Source: Octopus sinensis
Lineage: Eukaryota
Length of the DNA: 64,000 nucleotides
NCBI RefSeq assembly: GCF_006345805.1
Contig: NC_043012.1
Span: forward strand, 41,106,001-41,170,000
Direction of reading: 5' to 3'
The notes beneath the pieces are model-generated. The model saw nothing but the letters and a program-made list of their open reading frames with translations. It was not told the origin of the DNA and did no database searches. The translations under genes were made by a program, and so were the position numbers. Shown one piece after another: positions 1 to 12,584 of this stretch; positions within the stretch are counted from its first letter, which is position 1; each line of letters begins with the position of its first letter.

Positions 1-235
1 AAAACACAAACGCATACATAAACACACACACAATATGGTTATTCTTATTGTAAGAAGTTATGAGCAGAAAATAAATAATTAAAAAGTAGCAAATAAGTAC
101 ATACCTAGATTTATATTTTACCAATAGGAACGTATAAACATATTGTAACCCTGATAGTACAAATGGTAAAAGGAGGTTTATAAACCTATATAGATACACT
201 GAATATATGGGTGTGCTAGTATACATATATATTTG

Positions 236-298
<63 letters not shown>

Positions 299-304
299 AT
301 ACAT

Positions 305-470
305 ACAAGTATATTTGTCGTCATGATAGATTGGTAGCCACTACACACATTTTTTTCTTTCCTTGTTTCTCTCCTTGTTATTTTCTGTGTCCCTTTCTGT
401 AGAAGAGCGTAGGCTCGAAACGTAAAAGACATTTTCAATTCCTGAGCGTTATACTAATACATCTGTTGGA
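305..470 (+). repeat. Interspersed repeat carrying a minimal hammerhead-like motif (probable Penelope-like terminal repeat remnant)
   Basis: Homologous to 23406-23590; contains CTGTAGA-A-GAGC gtag GCTC-GAAACGTA. Confidence 0.5.
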
Positions 471-852
471 TCTTTTCAATATCGTGGCCAGGACCCCAGA
501 TCTTTCTAGTTAACTAAATAATTTGAAACTTCGTGTACTCATAGAGTGGAACTAGTTTATTCGCCAGTTTGAACTAGTTTATTTGAGAAAAATCTATTTT
601 ATGACTTTAATCGTAGATTAAAACTGCGAATTTTAACCAATGAGATTGCTTGTTTTCATATGTAAAACGTTACTGCGATCTGTTAGTGTGACGTTGAAAG
701 CAGTTTTAACGTAGTCTGCTCTCTCTTTGTAAGTCTGTCTGCCTCCCCCTCTCTACTATATTACATTTATCTTGCTTGAAATCATGAAATAAAACGTCCT
801 CTTTTTTTCTGTCTGTCTGTCCTTTTCTCTCTCTCTCTCTCCCTCTCTCTAT

Positions 853-886
<34 letters not shown>

Positions 887-1581
887 CTATCTGTATATAT
901 GTATGTTCATATATGTATGTAAATATTTATGAAATAAATAAACACACATATTCGTGCGGATGTATTAAATATCTAAAATGTGTGAGCCTTATATAATTAA
1001 CTGATGATATATATATATATATACACCATATATATCTATATATATTGTGTGTGTGCGCGCGTGTAATGTATGTATAATTATATATATGCGTGTGTGAGCG
1101 TGGTGTGTGTGTGGTGTGTGTGTGATGAAAGGCAAATAGACCTCGGCGGAGATGCCACTTCTTAATAGCAAACGAAAGCGCTTTGTTTACATTTAAGATG
1201 TTTAATACGTCACCAAATTGGTGGTCGAGACGGAGTAAATAAAATAAAGCCGAATGACGGAATATCATTGGTTAAAATTCTAATTATTAAACAACGTTAA
1301 ACTTAGAAGTTACAATTCCGTTTTCATTCTGGTTTACAATTAAGTTTACTTTTGACACATTCTACCAGTATACGAAGTTTCAAATTGTTTGGTTCAGTAG
1401 GAAAAATTTGAAAAAACTGGCTTCAGAATAGAAAAGATCCCATCTGTTTGTTTTGTACACTGCCTGTATTCATCTTTTGTTTTTTTTCGTGAACTCCCCC
1501 CCCATTATATATATATATTCATATATACATAGCTGTCTATTTCTCTGTATTACTGTATCTCTTCTCTCTCTCTCCTCTTAA

Positions 1582-1624
<43 letters not shown>

Positions 1625-1952
1625 GGGAGAGAGATTAAGAAGGAAAGACAGGTAGATAAATTGCTAGGCTAGCAGATTGTGATAGGTAGGTACGTAGAAA
1701 AGTAGACTGGTAGGTAAATAGGTGGATGCATAGATTTTTTTCTGACTGAAATCAGACGACACTTCTCTTCTAATTTGCCACTCCAAATTAAACTTCTATA
1801 GATATTTCACTTGTATATTATATGTGGTTAATTAGATTTTTTATTTGTTCTCATTTTCTATGAATAAAATGAATATGTTATCAAACAAACTTATTTTTGA
1901 TGCCTTTGTTAGAAACTGTTTCTAACTACACCTTTGATTTCTCTACTTCCAG

Positions 1953-2112
1953 CTTGGTGAGATACTCAGAAGCCCTTTTATGAAATTCATGAATTACATG
2001 TGTTCCTATATGGCATTTCTGGTATTCCTTTTGATTGCCACAACGTCAAAAAATACTACAACCAATAGTGAACCATGGGTAGTCCGTGGATTCATTATTT
2101 TCTACGTATTTG
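1953..2112 (+). CDS. TRPC: TRPC exon, pre-S1/S1/S2: LGEILRSPFMKFMNYMCSYMAFLVFLLIATTSKNTTTNSEPWVVRGFIIFYVF(G)
   Basis: cttccag acceptor and GTGAGT donor; 160-nt open frame (phase 0 to 1). The LG.ILRSPFMKF motif is characteristic of TRPC3/6/7-type channels. Not in the ORF track. Confidence 0.88.
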
Positions 2113-2661
2113 GTGAGTAGATTCGCACCTACACAACATTGCTTCCTAATAAAGCCCCTGATAATAAGTGTGTTGTATATATGGTGTGTTGGTATGGTAT
2201 GTGTGTTTTGTGTGAGATTATGTGTGTGGAAATATATGATATATATATATATATAATATATATATATATAATGATATATATATTTACATATTATATATAC
2301 ATTATGTATAAATTTTACCTTTAAAGGCACTTTTTGATATGCTGGCCATTGAAAAAATTTTTTCCGAAAAGAATTTATCCTATATTATAAATATATATAA
2401 TATATATATATGTATGTATTATATATGTATGTATATATATATGTATTGTATATATATATGTATGTATATATATATGTATGTATATATATATGTATGTATA
2501 TATATATGCTGTATATATATGTATTATATATATGCATGTAATATATATGTATGTATTATATATGCATGTAATATATATATGTATGTATATATATATGTAT
2601 GTATATATATATGTATATATATATGTATATATATGTATGATATATAATATATATATATATC

Positions 2662-2711
<50 letters not shown>

Positions 2712-3086
2712 TATGTACACCATCGTTAGGGCTGGCTTTCCCTTCATCTTATTCCACTCCCCTTCAATTTCACTAAAAATGTTGCCTTTCTTTCATCCTT
2801 CCGCCTTCATCGCTCACCTCGCTCGCCACACACGCCGGTTCTTACATGGTTTCTTCCTCGCTTTATCATCACTCTTTCCCAACATGTCTTCATTTGTTAG
2901 TTTCTGATCAATGTGATAAAAATTCTCTGTTTTCTCGGGCATAGTGTAAGAACTAGAAATACGATTTATTACTCCTCATATCAAATCACAGAGCAACAAT
3001 GTATACATTACCATTTATATGTTTATGTAGAGGTCACGCATCCCATGTTTAATATATCATTTCTGTAGTTATATATGTGAAGATTG

Positions 3087-3186
3087 NNNNNNNNNNNNNN
3101 NNNNNNNNNNNNNNNNNNNNNNNNNNNNNNNNNNNNNNNNNNNNNNNNNNNNNNNNNNNNNNNNNNNNNNNNNNNNNNNNNNNNNN
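3087..3186. other. Assembly gap (100 N)
   Basis: Exactly 100 N, the usual placeholder for a join of unknown size. Confidence 0.98.
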
Positions 3187-3275
3187 TAAATTACATTATT
3201 ATATTATTATATTATTATTATTATTATTATTATATTATTATTATTATTATTATTATTATATTACTATTATTATTG

Positions 3276-3830
3276 AGTGAGATAGCAGTGCGTGCCATCA
3301 AAGTGACACTGGGATAAAATATACGAAGCCCAGTATACCTGTCATGAGTACCAGATTGATAAGGGTACACTAGACACATGCATCACAACCGTGTGTGCGT
3401 GACATGGTGATCTCATATCAAGATAAACTGCGCATGACTTTGCAAGTGGGGCCCAGTTAGAATTTTCTTCAGGTCGAGTAACCCATTCTGCTCAAAACGT
3501 CCCTGAATAAGGGTTGTCTAAGGATGTTGAACGAAACACCCATGCTTCCGAATGTGAATTATCCAAACCCCATAGAATTCCTCTCAACACTTGGCTATGA
3601 TGCTCCCCCACTACTTCTACTCGTGATCAGAGATGCACATATCGTCAGCCACTAAGGGACATGCTCAACTGGTTAAGGTCAAACAACTGACAAGCAAATC
3701 TGTGGTATTGAGCAGAATATTTGCTGTGTAGCCCATCTTTTACCAAGACAAAACAATTACATGATGACACTTCCAATCAGTTAGATCAGAAGCCGTGAGA
3801 GCCAGTGTCTGGTACTGCATCAGGGCATAT
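3276..3830 (+). mobile_element. Non-autonomous retroposon (SINE-like) with (TAT)n tail, inserted in a (TAT)n microsatellite
   Basis: The internal segment gtggggcccagttagaattttcttcaggtcgagta recurs at about 60110-60207; trinucleotide-repeat tail. Confidence 0.5.
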
Positions 3831-3864
3831 TTATTATTATTATTATTATTATATTATTATTATT

Positions 3865-3923
<59 letters not shown>

Positions 3924-4349
3924 AATGTCTGTAGATATGTTTTAGAATTTATTTCTATCATTATGTATACTATTTTATATTTTATTTTTTCATAATTCTA
4001 TGTTTTGTTAGTTTTTGAAAATCTTGAAAAAAGAGTTTGCATGGTAATGAAGGTGACACATTTTAAGGAAAAAAATCATTTTATAATTATGTTGTGGGTA
4101 ATTACGTTTGGATTAATTATCAATAGCTTCTAGTTATCTGAGTAAACAGCAGTTGAAGACTAAAATAAATGCTTAAATTTTCTCATGAATTCTAAAAAGT
4201 AATGGTAACAAATTCGTTTGAAATCTAGTGGAAATTGAATATATTTAATTACAATATATACAAAGAATACGTTTTACCCATTTTGGAACAAGGAATATTT
4301 TATAACAAGATGTGTTTTGAATGAATAAATGAATAAGTTTGTTCATTTT

Positions 4350-4560
4350 CATAGTTGGGTGTCGGAATCCTCAAGCAGAATCGGTGAGGCTCCCCACACG
4401 CTGACAGCTCGTGCTGCTGCCGTGCACTCATCCATGATCCATCTCGTCATGACCTTGTTGTTGTATGTCCACCTTGGTCGTTATCACCCTCGAGCCGACT
4501 TTCCATCAATCAGCTTTCGAGCATGCGGGCAACGACACGTGAGCCCTGATAATCAGGCAA
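4350..4560 (-). mobile_element. RTE-clade LINE 3' fragment
   Basis: Minus strand translates to KLIDGKSARG**RPRWT...W.MDECTAAAR..S.W, matching the RTE C-terminal pattern (GK..GR.GRGRPR..W......EC.R.A..R..W). Confidence 0.55.
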
Positions 4561-4632
4561 AAATATGAGTTTAGTAATGGTTACAAATAAGTAAACCCAT
4601 CGAGTAAGACTCAAAATAAATCTTCCGCGTAA

Positions 4633-4693
4633 GACTTGATATAATTCCCTTGAGTAAGACAAATAGTCTTACTCAAGGGAATTATATCAAGTC
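4633..4693. repeat. Perfect 28-bp inverted repeat with 5-nt loop
   Basis: GACTTGATATAATTCCCTTGAGTAAGAC aaata GTCTTACTCAAGGGAATTATATCAAGTC. Confidence 0.92.
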
Positions 4694-7407
4694 GTATCAT
4701 TTGTCGTATACAAAATGTTTAAAGGAGGAGCCAGAAATACATTTAGAGAGAAATATAATAAGGGCGTTTCCGAAACCCCCTAGATACTGACTTCATGTTT
4801 CTAAGTAATCTGTAAAAAATTCAGGTTTATTTGTGTTCTAAACACCAGCATAATAACCACATAATTCTTTTACTATATTCTTCATTATGTTTACAATTAA
4901 TTGAAACAAAATCAGTATATTTCAACGGGATTATGATAATGAAAGGGCTAAATTGTAATAAGTATCCTCTCTAAATACCAGGAGTTATATAAGGAACAAA
5001 TTTCACATCAATCTCTTTAAACTTAACTTATTCGAAACTTTGTTTATCGTTTCATTTGCGCTTTCTTTCTAACTATCCTATTGTTGTTAGTTATGGGGAT
5101 CTATCTATTGGTTTCCATCGTTTAATATACATACATACATAATACATATATTTATAGATATATATATATATATATATATATCTTATATATAATATATATA
5201 TATACACATATATATATACATAAATATACTATACACACACACACACACACACACACACCACACCTATATATATATATACAGAAGGAAACCAATGGATGGA
5301 GAAGGAAGAAACAGAGCATTCCTTTTCACTTTCTCTCCTTCCCTCTGTATCTGTTTCAAATTCTCTCAATTGCTCTACGTCTATGTTGCTGTACAATGAG
5401 ATACATAAAGCAGAGTGTGATCTCTACCATTCTTTGCAACCTTCTACGCTCTATTCAAAGTTCCGTTCCATTACCCTTTCCGCGATTAAAATAAATAATA
5501 AATAAATAAGTATAGGTGTATATATTTTCGAATACGTGATTATTTATTCCATTTAACTTAAGTATTGTGTGTGTGAAAAGTCAACTTCTAGGATTATCGA
5601 CTCACAACACATTAACAACGGCTAACAAAATATCGATAACGATGACGGGTACACAACACAAAGTAAACATCCATTTAGATAGAATATAAATCGTAGATCG
5701 GGTGGTATGTTTGATAACCTTTGATTTTTTGTAAATTCTATGATATTGAATAGCATAAAGCAACCATTAAAGCATGGTATGGATTTTGTACGAGCTACAC
5801 GATGGCCTGTATTAATTCAAACCGCGCATGAATGTTTTTGACAAACTAAACTATATAAGTGGAAGATCGAAACCAGTTCAATTCTAGTTTTCGATAGATA
5901 ATTCTGTCTATTCCAAAATGAAAATAAAACATTACCAATTATTCTACAAAACAACTTGAGGAAGAAAGTAACACGTGACTGATAGCAACAATGAGCTGTA
6001 TTAATGATAGGAGCAAAATTTAGACATCCTATTGAGCCAGGAATTACAAAGAACGTCTCTGTCAACATTTCTAAAGAGAAAAAAAGTTTCACTGATCGGC
6101 ACAGATAAGACATGGATACGCGGTGAACTAATTCATCGCTACAACAGATGATGGCTTCATTCTTATTAGATGAAGCAACATCTATTTTAATGAACTTCGC
6201 CAGTGAAAGACATTTCAATGTTACTGGAAGAGTAAATTTTTGTTGACAAAACTATCTCTTTTCGCTTTATTATTTCTTTTCAAGAGAAGTAAACTAACAT
6301 GTCAGGGGGAAAAATTATAAAAGATTAATGGTAGCAAAAAGCCGGACCTCTGTTTAAATTAAGTACTAATAGTACGAAACTGGCTGTCACTGTTTCTCAC
6401 TATCAGCAACATTTGGCTTTTAAGAGCTGGGACTTGGCTGTGTGGTACTATATTCCCACTTCACAACAGATGTTGTTTCGTTCCTCACCAAGCAAAACCT
6501 CAACAGCTTGAATGAAATTTCCCCAAGACTATCGCAATCGCGAAGGAAAAGCTAGTTTCTACTTATCTCCTCTTCATTACTTCCTCTTACAACCGCGAAA
6601 CTGCTTCTCTTTATAGTATCTACTTTACTTGTTAAAATTACCTGAGTCCCAAACTCCAGGCTGTACCATCTTCATTGCTTCTAACTGTTCACCGGACCAA
6701 TTGAATCAGCGTGGCTCTCCTAGATGCTCCCGCTCACTACCGTGTCAAAAACCATTATTATCTATAGATCTTCACCTTCCTTCGTTTCCTTTGCCCAAAT
6801 ATGTTTTATTTCATTCTGCATGATGCCCCATCCATCAACAGTACCGCCACACTTACCTATTTATTTCACCTCCCAATGTTAGGATTTTGTCTCCCTTCAC
6901 ATTCTACTTGTCACTTAATCGATTCAGTGATGCCTACAATTTCCGGGTTCTAACCTGGAAACCGTAGCCATCTCCAGTGATTATAGCCAACAACTTACTT
7001 GCAGTAACAACATGTACAATTCAACCAACCTGAACCGAATGTATTGAGTGTAGTATCTTTTTAAGAAGAAATACATCTGCACCGAAAGAAGAAACACAAT
7101 CAGCTGTACGTTATCTTAGCCGCAAGGAACCGATTCAAAAAGGGTCAAAACGATCGGTGTGACGAATGGACATTCTCATAAATTCCATTTTTTTCCTCAT
7201 ACACACACACACACACACACACACACAACACACACATCTAAATTATTTTTGTGACCATTCGTTATTTGCAACCTAAAAGCAACAAGTATAGTCGTCACTA
7301 AAGTGAGAGAGGGTGCTAGTCAGCACTGGCATTACTAGAAATAAGAGTCAAAACAACTCTTAGCCACATGAGAGCATTTTTCTAACGACTGACAAGGGAG
7401 ACAGTCT

Positions 7408-7499
7408 CCCTCCCGACGGCAAGCGTGATGGAGTCATATCAGCGCTGATTTCAGATTTGATTAATCTTCATCAGTGACGCATTACTCCGTCGCCGAGGG
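7408..7499 (-). ncRNA. Type I hammerhead ribozyme motif, apparently intact
   Basis: Minus strand reads GUCA CUGAUGA AGAUU-aauca-AAUCU GAAA UCA-gcgc-UGA U A UGAC: full catalytic core, stems I, II and III, an AUA cleavage triplet, and outer helices CGACGG/CCGUCG and CCCUC/GAGGG. Confidence 0.72.
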
Positions 7500-7621
7500 T
7501 TAAGAACTTAACTCACTTTGTCAGTCTTGTAGAGAGCACCATAGGAAACATTGACCTATTCCGAAAATGGTAAAGTGAGAATTATAAACTATCAAGGTGG
7601 CAATTCACAATTTCAATCTCT

Positions 7622-7910
7622 CTGAGGGTGCATGGTTCAGTAGTTAGAGTATTGGATTCGCGAGATCGTGATTTCAATTTCTAGATCGATTGGTGCCGTT
7701 GTGCTCTTGAGCAAAACACTTCATCTCACGTTGGTCTGTGGATCACTTCGACACCTAACATAGTGCACCTGTTTAGGCATTGTTGATTTGATGGGAAGCG
7801 TGATATAATGTGCAGCACGAACATGGCATTATTATAAACAAATCATTTGTGCATATCGTTCGACAAAAGCTGAACGTTCATATTTCGTCTTTGGCGGGAA
7901 GGTCCATCAT
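7622..7910 (+). mobile_element. Diverged tRNA-derived SINE (family A)
   Basis: tRNA-like head (catggttcagtagttagagtattggattc), followed by gtgctcttgagcaaaacact as in the 16972 copy. Confidence 0.5.
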
Positions 7911-8784
7911 ATATATATATCTGTGTGTGTGTGAGTGTGAGTGTGTGTGTGTGTGTGTGTGAATGTGTTTGCGCGTGCTTATTATGTCTAGGGATTAACG
8001 ATTATCTCAAAAACAAACAGAAATTCAAATGGATTAGAAATTACCTATCGACGCAAAAATATTTTGTATCGATAACCTAGAATAGTATTTAAAAGCGAAA
8101 GATATTTTTTGATGTGTTTTAGGGGTGGGAATAGAAATAGAAAAGTGATAATATTTGCATTATGTCCAATCTTAATGTATTTTTATAAACGTGTCGAAAA
8201 ACGAATAATTACTTTTAAATAAAATTTATATAGAAATCAATTAACAACGAGTGGACGTTTTAGTTCATAGAGTAGACATTATTGGAAAATGTAACACATA
8301 CAATTATTCTGCTGTGGAATATATTGAAATTATTGGCGGCAACATCAGTGATTTAGAAAACAACCACAATTACTGCTCACTTAATTCTATACCGCCATGT
8401 TTTCAATCAATCCCTTGTAAAGCATGTTCTATCATTGTATACAAATATCACGTCTGCTAATCAACAATGATACTTTGGTATTGCATTTTCATTAAAAATT
8501 GCATATATAATAACGATGAATCATGGGGTTTGAATAAAAAAAAACACGATAATGGAAATTTTCGTTATAATTTATAAACAAGGAGCATATTTGATGAATA
8601 TTTGATGAAATTCATTTATGAGCATTAGGTATTTTGAATAGAAATATATATACATAAATTGCATTAACTGTGTATGCGGCATACACATACATGCATGCAT
8701 ACATTCATATCTTATTATATAAATATATATATATATACATATATATACATAATATAATATATATATATATACATATATGTATAT

Positions 8785-8849
<65 letters not shown>

Positions 8850-8878
8850 GTATATATGTACATATATATATATACATT

Positions 8879-9182
8879 TCCGGTTCTGATGTCTTTTTAT
8901 ATATAGGTAGCTCTTCATCTTAGTTGTCGGAAAGAAAATGTAACCATTATTCTACATTTAGACATATCAATAAACGCAATAATACTGGGCTTAGTAAATT
9001 AATTTAGTCCCTAGAGGAACATAATAAACAATACGTTTTGGAATGGAGAATTCTATCTAGATCCTTCCCATATGACAAAGGTAAACCTTTTTGTCCGCTC
9101 TGTAACAAAGAGCCAATTTTCCTCCTTTTCTCGAAAGATACTCTTGTAAACATTGGCAAAAACATACCTCTAGTTTCTATAA
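8879..9182 (+). mobile_element. Penelope-like element GIY-YIG endonuclease remnant (pseudogenised)
   Basis: One frame reads [75 protein letters not shown]. It has the YIG..R..NH..SFR, T.LSK.IW.L and C.LC..E motifs of the PLE endonuclease C-terminus, with two in-frame stops. Confidence 0.72.
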
Positions 9183-9492
9183 GTAATTTCTACTAATCTA
9201 TAAAATTCGACCTTTAACTGTCTTCTTACATTTCATTTCCACTGTATATATATATATAAACTTTATTCTCATTCATCTATCTCATTATATTTTTCTACTC
9301 CTAATTTTCTGTTAATTTCTTTCTCCTCCTTCTCGTTCTCTTATTTACCTTTGACGTTAAATCTATTAACGTTTTTTTTTTAAAGAATAACTTGCTAGCA
9401 TTCTCCTTACATCATATACTTACGTATATATATATGTATATTATATATACATACATACATATATGTATACATATATATATGTATATATATAT

Positions 9493-9547
<55 letters not shown>

Positions 9548-10118
9548 TATATATACATATACATATATAAGATATCCATGCAGTAGGAAACACGTGTTGG
9601 ACAAAGTTTAAAGGAAATATATTGTATATATGATGGTAATAAATAGCTTGTGGACCTACAATTCTCCATCCTTATTTGAATATCTTAAATATGCATTTAA
9701 AATCCAGATAATCGACCTCAGGATTTACGTATCGGGTGAAATACCGTGCGATTGTTTACTTGCCCGGTTTTCATATCCCTATACACACACACATACACAC
9801 ACATACACACATAGACACATGTACGCACACACAGATAAATAAATACATACATAAATATACACAAATATATGTGTATATATATGTTTGCATATTTATACAT
9901 GTATACATGCACAGACATGTCTGCGCGCGCACGCGTATGTGTGTAAAATGCATAATTTAAGCATGAATCCAGCCCTCCATGTCGCTATTGGTTACTGAAT
10001 GAAGAGATTTGTATATGAATTAAATTGCTTCCGGCTTTTGGTAAATTACTTTATCGTTTACAGCCTTCAGAGAATATTTTAAAGCTTAGCCACAGAGCAA
10101 TACAATTATACACCCCCC

Positions 10119-10153
<35 letters not shown>

Positions 10154-10161
<8 letters not shown>

Positions 10162-10328
10162 TTAATCAAAGGACATACTAAGTATGTCTACCTGCTTGAA
10201 ATAACAGTCAAAACTCTTATTAAATCGCCAAGTTTTCATCAGTGTATTTTTGGCGATTTAATAAAGGGTTTTGACTGTTATTTCAAGCAGGTAGACATAC
10301 TTAGTATGTCCTTTGATTAATTTTAATT
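10154..10328. repeat. Foldback: about 78-bp near-perfect inverted repeat with about 19-nt loop
   Basis: aattaaaattaatcaaaggacatac...aaatcgccaa mirrored by ttggcgattt...gtatgtcctttgattaattttaatt, with one small mismatch/indel patch. Confidence 0.92.
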
Positions 10329-11559
10329 CCTCGGCTATTTAATGCTATTTTTGGCCTGCTATCGCCTGTGTCATTGATTGTGTTATTATAATTTTTTAAA
10401 TAGTTACATTGGATAATAATAGAATTAATGACACCTTTGCAAATTAATTTTGGGTGAATTATATATATACATAAATAAATAAATATATATATATATACAT
10501 AAATAAATAAATATATATATATATACATAAATATATATATATGTATATGTTTATATGTGTATATGTATCTACATATATATATATAAGTATGTTCAAGATG
10601 CTATTTATATGTACCCATTTTGTGTACCCTTAAACATTTCGTTCCCATAATACTTATGCCATACGTTTGCCATTTAAAAGAATATGTAAAGTGAAAAGCG
10701 CCTACCACTTCATAAAAACAATCAACTTAATTATAACAAAAGATGGTCACGTATAAGAAATTACCGAAGTCTCCGAAAATTGTGTAGACGAAGCGTCTAC
10801 TTTAATATATATACAATTATGTTGGCGTCAATTATCTTTGCTCCATTCATTATCGAATAAAGGGTTTTAATATCCCTACTATAAGCTAAGCTGTTCGTTG
10901 ATATTTCATTAATTAATTAAGAACTGTATAATTATATCATTTCTTGTTCGAACTATTTCATGCAAAATAATTAGTTTCGAAGCCGTTGAATGCTTCAACT
11001 GCAGAATATCTTTGCTCTATTGATCACATACCAAATTCCAGTTCTTAAATGGGCTATTCATCAGGTAATGACATTCGAAAATTTAAAATTCCTCCTGTTA
11101 AATTCTACAACGGTCTATCGTTAGCCACGTGTGGAAAAGAATCTTAGATGGCTGTCAACGAATTGCCTGACATTTGCCATTCCTTTCAAATTTGAAACAA
11201 TTGAAAGAAATGGTGCCTAAATTAAACCACAAGGCAGTAAAGTGTAAAATCTAGGACAATTCATGAGAATACTGTTACTATCGGGCGTAATTTCAGAGAC
11301 GTGTTAGACGTTTGCTCGATTGCTAAAACTTGCGATATTCATATCTATCTCATGACCACGTTTCCTCCATCCACTTATTTCGGCTTGCATGATTCCTCCA
11401 AGGGCGCTCTTTTCCGAGTGTCCGAGGCGACAGATACGTTTACAATAAAAAAAAATAGAAATAAAAACTAGAGTACTTTGAGCGAGCGCCACCAGCTTGC
11501 ATACGTAAAGCATGGAATGATGCAAAGATTGCGTCACTGGTATATTATATTGGTTTCAA

Positions 11560-11748
11560 ATTTCGACACAGGTCTAGTACCTTCGATGGAGGAAGCAAGT
11601 TAAATACGTCGACCCCCAGTATTTAACTGGTACTTACTTTATCGACCGCGGAAAGATGAAAGTTGAAGTCGACCTCGCTGGAATTTGAACTCAGGATGTA
11701 AAGATGGACGAAATGCCGCTAAGTAATGATTCTGCTAGCTCGCTGCCT
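11560..11748 (-). mobile_element. SINE (family B), abutting the mariner left TIR
   Basis: Reverse complement of the 53838 family (gtcgaccccagt, aagtcgacctcg, atttgaactcag). Confidence 0.65.
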
Positions 11749-12584
11749 GGTATCAAACAGTTCCCGGACTAGTTCTAGAGTGCGTCAAAAGATGGCAGCA
11801 CATAGTTGCGTGCGCACTGAGAGCTAGCAGCGACCTTCATTAGGCAGAGTACCGAGTGGTATCGCTGTGTTTATTTCGCAAATTGTGAAATCTGTGTTTC
11901 TGTGATCACGTGTAAGCGAATTTTTATCATGGACAGGAAGTTGGAACAAAATGCCAACGTGAAATTTTGCGTTAAACTTGGGAAGTCTGCTACAGACATT
12001 GAACATGCTCTAACAAGCTTACGGCGACGAGGAAATGAGTCGTACGCAAAGTTTCGAGTGGCAGGAGCTCATCAAAAGCGGGCGACAGACCCGCATTCAC
12101 ATCGTTCTTTTCGACGTCTGCGATATTGTGCATTGAGATTTCGACAGAGAGTGTCAATTGAGAGTTGTAAGTTTTGTGGCATTTGTGGGAAGATTTTCAG
12201 CGAAAGCAAATGGATTTGTGGAGCGCCAAGGATTGACTTCTTCCTTGCTCGTGAGTTTATCGCCAAAAACAAGGGATTGCTCCCGTACCCTCGCTCTATT
12301 CGCCAGATTTAGCACTTGCGGACTTCCATCTCATCCGACAGATGAAAATTCAGTTCAAAGATCGCTGTTTGAAGGTCACCGTTGTGAAGATCAAGAGAGA
12401 ATCGAAGAAGGTCCGCCACTCGCTTACGGAAAACGACTTCGAGGTCGGATTCCAAAAGTGGCAGGAATGCTGCGACCGGTGTATTGCTGCGCAAGGTGAC
12501 TATTCCGAAGGGGATAATGTTCAAACTTAGACAAAGATATTATTTTAAGCATAACTAGTCCGAGAACTTTTTGATACCACTTCG
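11748..12584 (+). mobile_element. Tc1/mariner internally deleted, non-autonomous element
   Basis: TIRs TGGTATCAAACAGTTCCCGGACTAGTT and AACTAGTCCGAGAACTTTTTGATACCACTTCG followed by TA. Broken transposase: MDRKLEQNANVKFCVKLGKSAT (HTH), IVLFD...IVH, YSPDLALADF and FQKWQECCDRCIAAQGDY. Confidence 0.88.

Noticed and set aside
5817-6218. 133-aa minus-strand ORF in non-repetitive sequence
   Set aside because: No recognisable motif, no splice context, and no support from other frames.
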